Positions 63,066 through 64,000 of a stretch of DNA of 64,000 bases are shown here, piece by piece. The notes beneath the pieces are model-generated. The model did not search any database and was not told the origin of the DNA. It saw nothing but the letters and a program-made list of their open reading frames with translations. The stretch comes from an uncultured Gemmatimonadales bacterium (lineage in GTDB: Bacteria; Gemmatimonadota; Gemmatimonadetes; Gemmatimonadales; Gemmatimonadaceae), in contig CAVPQB010000004.1 in assembly GCA_963707505.1 (NCBI GenBank), forward strand, positions 1,088,001-1,152,000, given 5' to 3'. The stretch's first letter is position 1. Each line of letters starts with the position of its first letter. The translations under genes and the position numbers were made by a program.

Positions 63066-64000
<935 letters not shown>

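Overview
GC-rich bacterial chromosomal segment made almost entirely of + strand housekeeping genes. Gene order and protein style suggest Gemmatimonadota (inference, not a database result). In order: tolB-pal-cpoB-tatC-lptD-like, a radical SAM enzyme, a TPR protein, a polyprenyl synthase, a DUF4321-like gene and tatA; ppiD; a TPR gene-aroQ-pepQ-accB-pilT/U-accC-comB-ftsK run; yraN-recA-recX-alaS-asparaginase-CCA enzyme-ZIP-rarA; wecB; LEA2-hflX, a large carboxypeptidase-regulatory-domain protein, an M28 peptidase and a matrixin; ppk2-dehydrogenase-pyrRBC; rpsT; a site-2 protease-scpAB-rluB-moxR/Bat cluster-mutL-miaA-bshA-uppP-birA-coaX run; and CIRCE-groES-groEL (cut by the window end). I saw no rRNA, tRNA, CRISPR array, integrase or transposase. 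Many essential genes carry single-base indels, densest at about 16.2-21.7 kb, which look like long-read consensus errors; the apparent 1285-aa TatC-LptD fusion is one of these. Most interesting observations: (1) exported proteins are enriched about 3-4-fold (hand count) in the Bacteroidota-type O-glycosylation sequon D-[ST]-[AILMTV], including a tandem array in the LptD-like protein; (2) a 216-aa MiaA that lacks the tRNA-binding insertion domain; (3) a long G.U-rich RNA hairpin between recA and recX; (4) an uncharacterised radical SAM enzyme inside an envelope-biogenesis operon.
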